Of a DNA stretch of 64,000 nucleotides, positions 61,207-64,000 are shown piece by piece. Made by a program: the position numbers and the translations under genes. This DNA comes from Thermoanaerobaculia bacterium (lineage in GTDB: Bacteria; Acidobacteriota; Thermoanaerobaculia; Multivoradales; UBA5704). The notes under the pieces are model-generated. The model did not search any database. It was given only the letters and a program-made list of their open reading frames with translations, and had not been told where the DNA came from. The stretch covers positions 18-64,017 of the forward strand of contig JBBRUC010000004.1 in NCBI GenBank assembly GCA_038248205.1, read 5' to 3'. Within the stretch, counting starts at the first letter, position 1; the number at the start of each line of letters is the position of its first letter.

Positions 61207-63711
61207 CTACTTGGCCGCGCCCGGTGGCCCCAGGGTCAGGCGGTGGGCCGCCTTGCCGGGAAGGAAGGGGGTCGGTTCGCCCTTTTCCCAAGCTTCGTGG
61301 CCTTTCATGTAGTAGGGCGAGAGCGGGTGGCCGCTTTCGCCGATCGGCATGTGGAAGATGCCTTTCTCTTCCGCCCCAGGAGAGACCGCGAGGCGTTCGG
61401 AGGCGCCGAAGCTCGGTCCCTGGACGCGCGGCATGTTTTGATCGCCCGGTAGAGGATGGCTTGGGGCGTTCAGGTAGCGGCCGAGCGCCGGAACGGCGAG
61501 GGCGATCGGATGCTGAAACCGCGAGGTGTTGCGCCGGCCCCAGGTGCGGTCGGCGAGCGTCGGACCGAAGCGCTCGGTACCTTTCGGGAACTGATCGATC
61601 GCGGCCAGTAGCTGCTCGTCCCAACTCTTGAATTTCGGATCGAGCAGGTGGCGCGGCTGCTTTTCGATCATTTCCCAGACCGGACCTTCGAGCTGATTGA
61701 GCTGCCAGAGGTCGAAATGAGGATCGGCCGCCTTACACCGGGCGGTGATCGTGGCGAAGACCTGGTCGATCACCTCCGAGCGGAAGTTCTTCACTGCCAG
61801 ATAGGCGACCGAATCGATCGATGCCTTGCCGGTCCAGGTGGTTTCGAGCAGCCGTTTGATCTCTGCCCGTTCCGGGTGTCCTGCGATCGATTCGGGCGAG
61901 AGGACGGCGAGTTCCAACCGATGCCAGCGATCGAGGAAGAGCGCGCGGTCGTCGAGCTGGATCTCTAGAAAATCCTTCGGCGTGGCCTGCTTCAACTGCG
62001 CGAGGTCGTCGCGAACTTGCCGGGCGCGGGCGCCGAGGTCGTAGCCGCCGTTGCCCAAGAGGGCGAGAAACTCGCCGCTCGTCGTCCGGTTGTTCGCGGT
62101 CCAGATCCGCCCCTCGGCTGGATCGACGATCACGGGCACTTCGCTGTCGGAGAGCCAGCCGTTCCAGCCGCGTGTGCCGTCGCCCCACGAGACGGGAGTT
62201 GCGCCGTCCCAACCGTAGCGGCGGGGCATCGCGCCGATGATCGTCCAACCGACGTGCCCTTCTGCATCGACCACGGTGAAGTTCTGCGCCGGGATTCCGA
62301 CCTTGTGCGCAGCCGAGATTGCCTCGGCGACGCTTCCCACGGTTTCGAGGTCGAGGCTCGCGAGGTTGATCGCTTCCGGATGATGGGCGGTCCAGGCGAG
62401 CGCCCGCGGGCGCTTCGCGTGGTCGCTGTCGATCACCGGTCCCCAGATCGTTTCGAGCACGGTCATCTGAACCGGCGCCGCCCCTTTGACCCGGATCGTC
62501 TCTTCGAAATGTTCGAACGGTTTCGGGCCGTCCGGCGTACCGTAGACCTTGGGGTTGTTTGGATCGAAATCGAGTTCTACCAGGTCGGTCCAATCGCCGT
62601 AGCTGTTGGTAAAGCCCCAGGCGACATGGCCGTTCGAGCCGACGGCCACGATCGGTGTACCGGGCAGGGTGACGCCAGTCGTTCGGCGGCTGGTGCCCGA
62701 AGCATCGGTCCAGATCAGCGAGGCGCGGTACCAGGTATTCGGTACGCCGATCCCGAGGTGCATGTCGTTGGCGAGCATCCCGCGGCCATCGGCGGTGTGG
62801 GTGCCGGAGAGCGCCCAGTTGTTGCTCCCGACGGCGATCCGATCGGCGGTCGCCGGTCCGGCGAACAGCTCCTCAATGGGTGAAAGAGCCGCCGCTTTGG
62901 CCGGCGCGGTCTCCGGTTCGGCGGCCGGCGGCTGGTGCGAGAGGTCGAACACCTCCGGTCCGGGCATCGGCGGCGGCAGGATCGCCTCGCCTTCGAGCGG
63001 CGCATCCCATTCGGTGCCGTCCGCGGTCAGATAGGCCACCAGCTGCGGCGGCAAGAGATCGCGCAGCAGGCCGCGATCGGAATCGCGCTTACCCGTTTCG
63101 TCGTTCAGCTCGAAGAACATGGCGAAAACCGTGAGGAGAGAGTCTTCGGGGCGCCAGGGCACGGGCTTCTGGCGGATCGCCAAGTACTCGGGCGGCCGGG
63201 CGCCGAGGCTCGCGAGGCCCGCGTTCACCCCTTGGGCGTACGCTTCGAGAATCTGGCGTTGGGATTCCGGCAGGGTTTTGAGCCGGCTCTCCGCGCGGCT
63301 GCGGAAGCGGTGGATACGGTGTTCTTTGTCGACGTCGATCGCCGCCGGCCCAAACAGCTCGGACAGCTCGCCCGCCCCTTGGCGGCGCATCAGATCCATC
63401 TGAAAGAAGCGGTCCTGGGCGTGGAGAAACCCAAGGCCGCGCGCCGCATCGGCGCGGTTGGCGGCGCGGACGGTCGGCACGCCGAGCGCGTCGCGTTCGA
63501 TCTCGACCGAAGTCGCAAGGCCCGGCACCGAGGCCTGGCCGTCTAGCTGCGGCAAGCTCGCGGTCATCTGAATCCAGAACCAGAGGCCGAAGGCGATAAC
63601 CAAGAGAAGCAGCACGCCCAGAGTTCCGGTGAGGATCAAAAGCACGCGCCGCATTCGGCCACGGACTCGGCGGCGGGAAGTGGGCGGCACGGGGGAGATA
63701 GCTCCGGTCAT
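61207..63711 (-). CDS. penicillin acylase family Ntn-hydrolase (acyl-homoserine-lactone/penicillin amidase-like)
   Basis: AVGSNNWALSG contains the post-cleavage Ser nucleophile motif of the S45 family. There is an N-terminal TM/signal helix, and the size is typical. The start is uncertain (63711 or 63654; the track TTG is at 63780). Confidence 0.88.
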   Translation of the reverse strand: MTGAISPVPPTSRRRVRGRMRRVLLILTGTLGVLLLLVIAFGLWFWIQMTASLPQLDGQASVPGLATSVEIERDALGVPTVRAANRADAARGLGFLHAQDRFFQMDLMRRQGAGELSELFGPAAIDVDKEHRIHRFRSRAESRLKTLPESQRQILEAYAQGVNAGLASLGARPPEYLAIRQKPVPWRPEDSLLTVFAMFFELNDETGKRDSDRGLLRDLLPPQLVAYLTADGTEWDAPLEGEAILPPPMPGPEVFDLSHQPPAAEPETAPAKAAALSPIEELFAGPATADRIAVGSNNWALSGTHTADGRGMLANDMHLGIGVPNTWYRASLIWTDASGTSRRTTGVTLPGTPIVAVGSNGHVAWGFTNSYGDWTDLVELDFDPNNPKVYGTPDGPKPFEHFEETIRVKGAAPVQMTVLETIWGPVIDSDHAKRPRALAWTAHHPEAINLASLDLETVGSVAEAISAAHKVGIPAQNFTVVDAEGHVGWTIIGAMPRRYGWDGATPVSWGDGTRGWNGWLSDSEVPVIVDPAEGRIWTANNRTTSGEFLALLGNGGYDLGARARQVRDDLAQLKQATPKDFLEIQLDDRALFLDRWHRLELAVLSPESIAGHPERAEIKRLLETTWTGKASIDSVAYLAVKNFRSEVIDQVFATITARCKAADPHFDLWQLNQLEGPVWEMIEKQPRHLLDPKFKSWDEQLLAAIDQFPKGTERFGPTLADRTWGRRNTSRFQHPIALAVPALGRYLNAPSHPLPGDQNMPRVQGPSFGASERLAVSPGAEEKGIFHMPIGESGHPLSPYYMKGHEAWEKGEPTPFLPGKAAHRLTLGPPGAAK

Positions 63712-63873
63712 CGCAAAAGTCCTCGTTCCCCGGACGGGGAGGCTCGCAGCCTTGGTTCGATCTAGTGAATCGCGTGGCAACTGTATCTCGCCGTTTGCGC
63801 CTTACGGGAGGCAGGGGCGAAAGTTGCTTTGGAGGTGGGCGCTGGGGGACCGAAGTGGCCGGCTACGCGAACG

Positions 63874-64000
63874 TTACGCTTCGAGCCGCTTGACCCAGGG
63901 AACTGCCGAAAAGCCGGAGTCGTACGAGAGCACTTGGTCGATCCCGTGCTCCCGCATCACCCCCAGATGAACGCAGTCCCGAGTGGACAAGGCCGGATGA
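63874..64000 (-). CDS. C-terminal end of a PIN-domain (VapC-like) protein, partial at the window edge, possibly frameshifted
   Basis: The minus strand reads ...VMREHGIDQVLSYDSGFSAVPWVKRLEA* (stop 63876-63874). The expected preceding motif LSTRDCVHLG sits in the adjacent frame and ends in TGA at a run of four G (about 63950). Confidence 0.4.
   Translation of the reverse strand, partial: HPALSTRDCVHLGVMREHGIDQVLSYDSGFSAVPWVKRLEA

Overview
This is a high-GC bacterial chromosomal segment with about 45 protein-coding genes. I saw no rRNA, tRNA or intact CRISPR array. The gene content would fit Acidobacteriota: a VWFA/GWxTPRF-type protein, many exported proteins of unknown function, a sigma-54 activator and a multihaem cytochrome. 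I could not verify that assignment.

Gene order, left to right:
- a frameshifted orphan cas2 relic
- phosphatase, envelope and smpB genes
- a DUF4390 gene plus an NtrY-like sensor kinase
- a four-gene exopolysaccharide block (polyprenyl glycosylphosphotransferase, GT4, two GT2) chained by 4-nt start/stop overlaps
- a repeat-rich accessory patch of about 7 kb (15.1-22.1 kb)
- GT-C, DUF362 and UPF0104 genes and an osmoprotectant-type ABC transporter
- a more AT-rich secreted two-gene cassette, with a paralogous cassette at 58-61 kb
- a four-gene operon: dihaem cytochrome c, GMC oxidoreductase, membrane-inserted patatin and an unknown protein
- a Tat-exported molybdo-hydroxylase operon with a beta-barrel protein and a pentahaem cytochrome, next to xdhC and mocA
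- a 5'-3' exonuclease, a Ser/Thr kinase-TPR protein and a GAF sigma-54 activator
- a VWA protein, a penicillin-acylase-family gene and a partial PIN gene

The best candidate for a new system is the single 1,259-codon gene at 17730-21509. It fuses a complete calcineurin-like metallophosphoesterase, a NACHT/STAND NTPase and an array of 18 near-identical in-frame 12-bp repeats encoding ARD[W/L]. It sits in the accessory patch, which also holds an orphan XRE/HTH gene bracketed by perfect 44-bp direct repeats, a peptide-deformylase relic, and four copies of a GCTATC-N7-GATAGC inverted repeat.

All family assignments rest on motifs I read in the supplied translations and on recalled family signatures. 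No database search was run.
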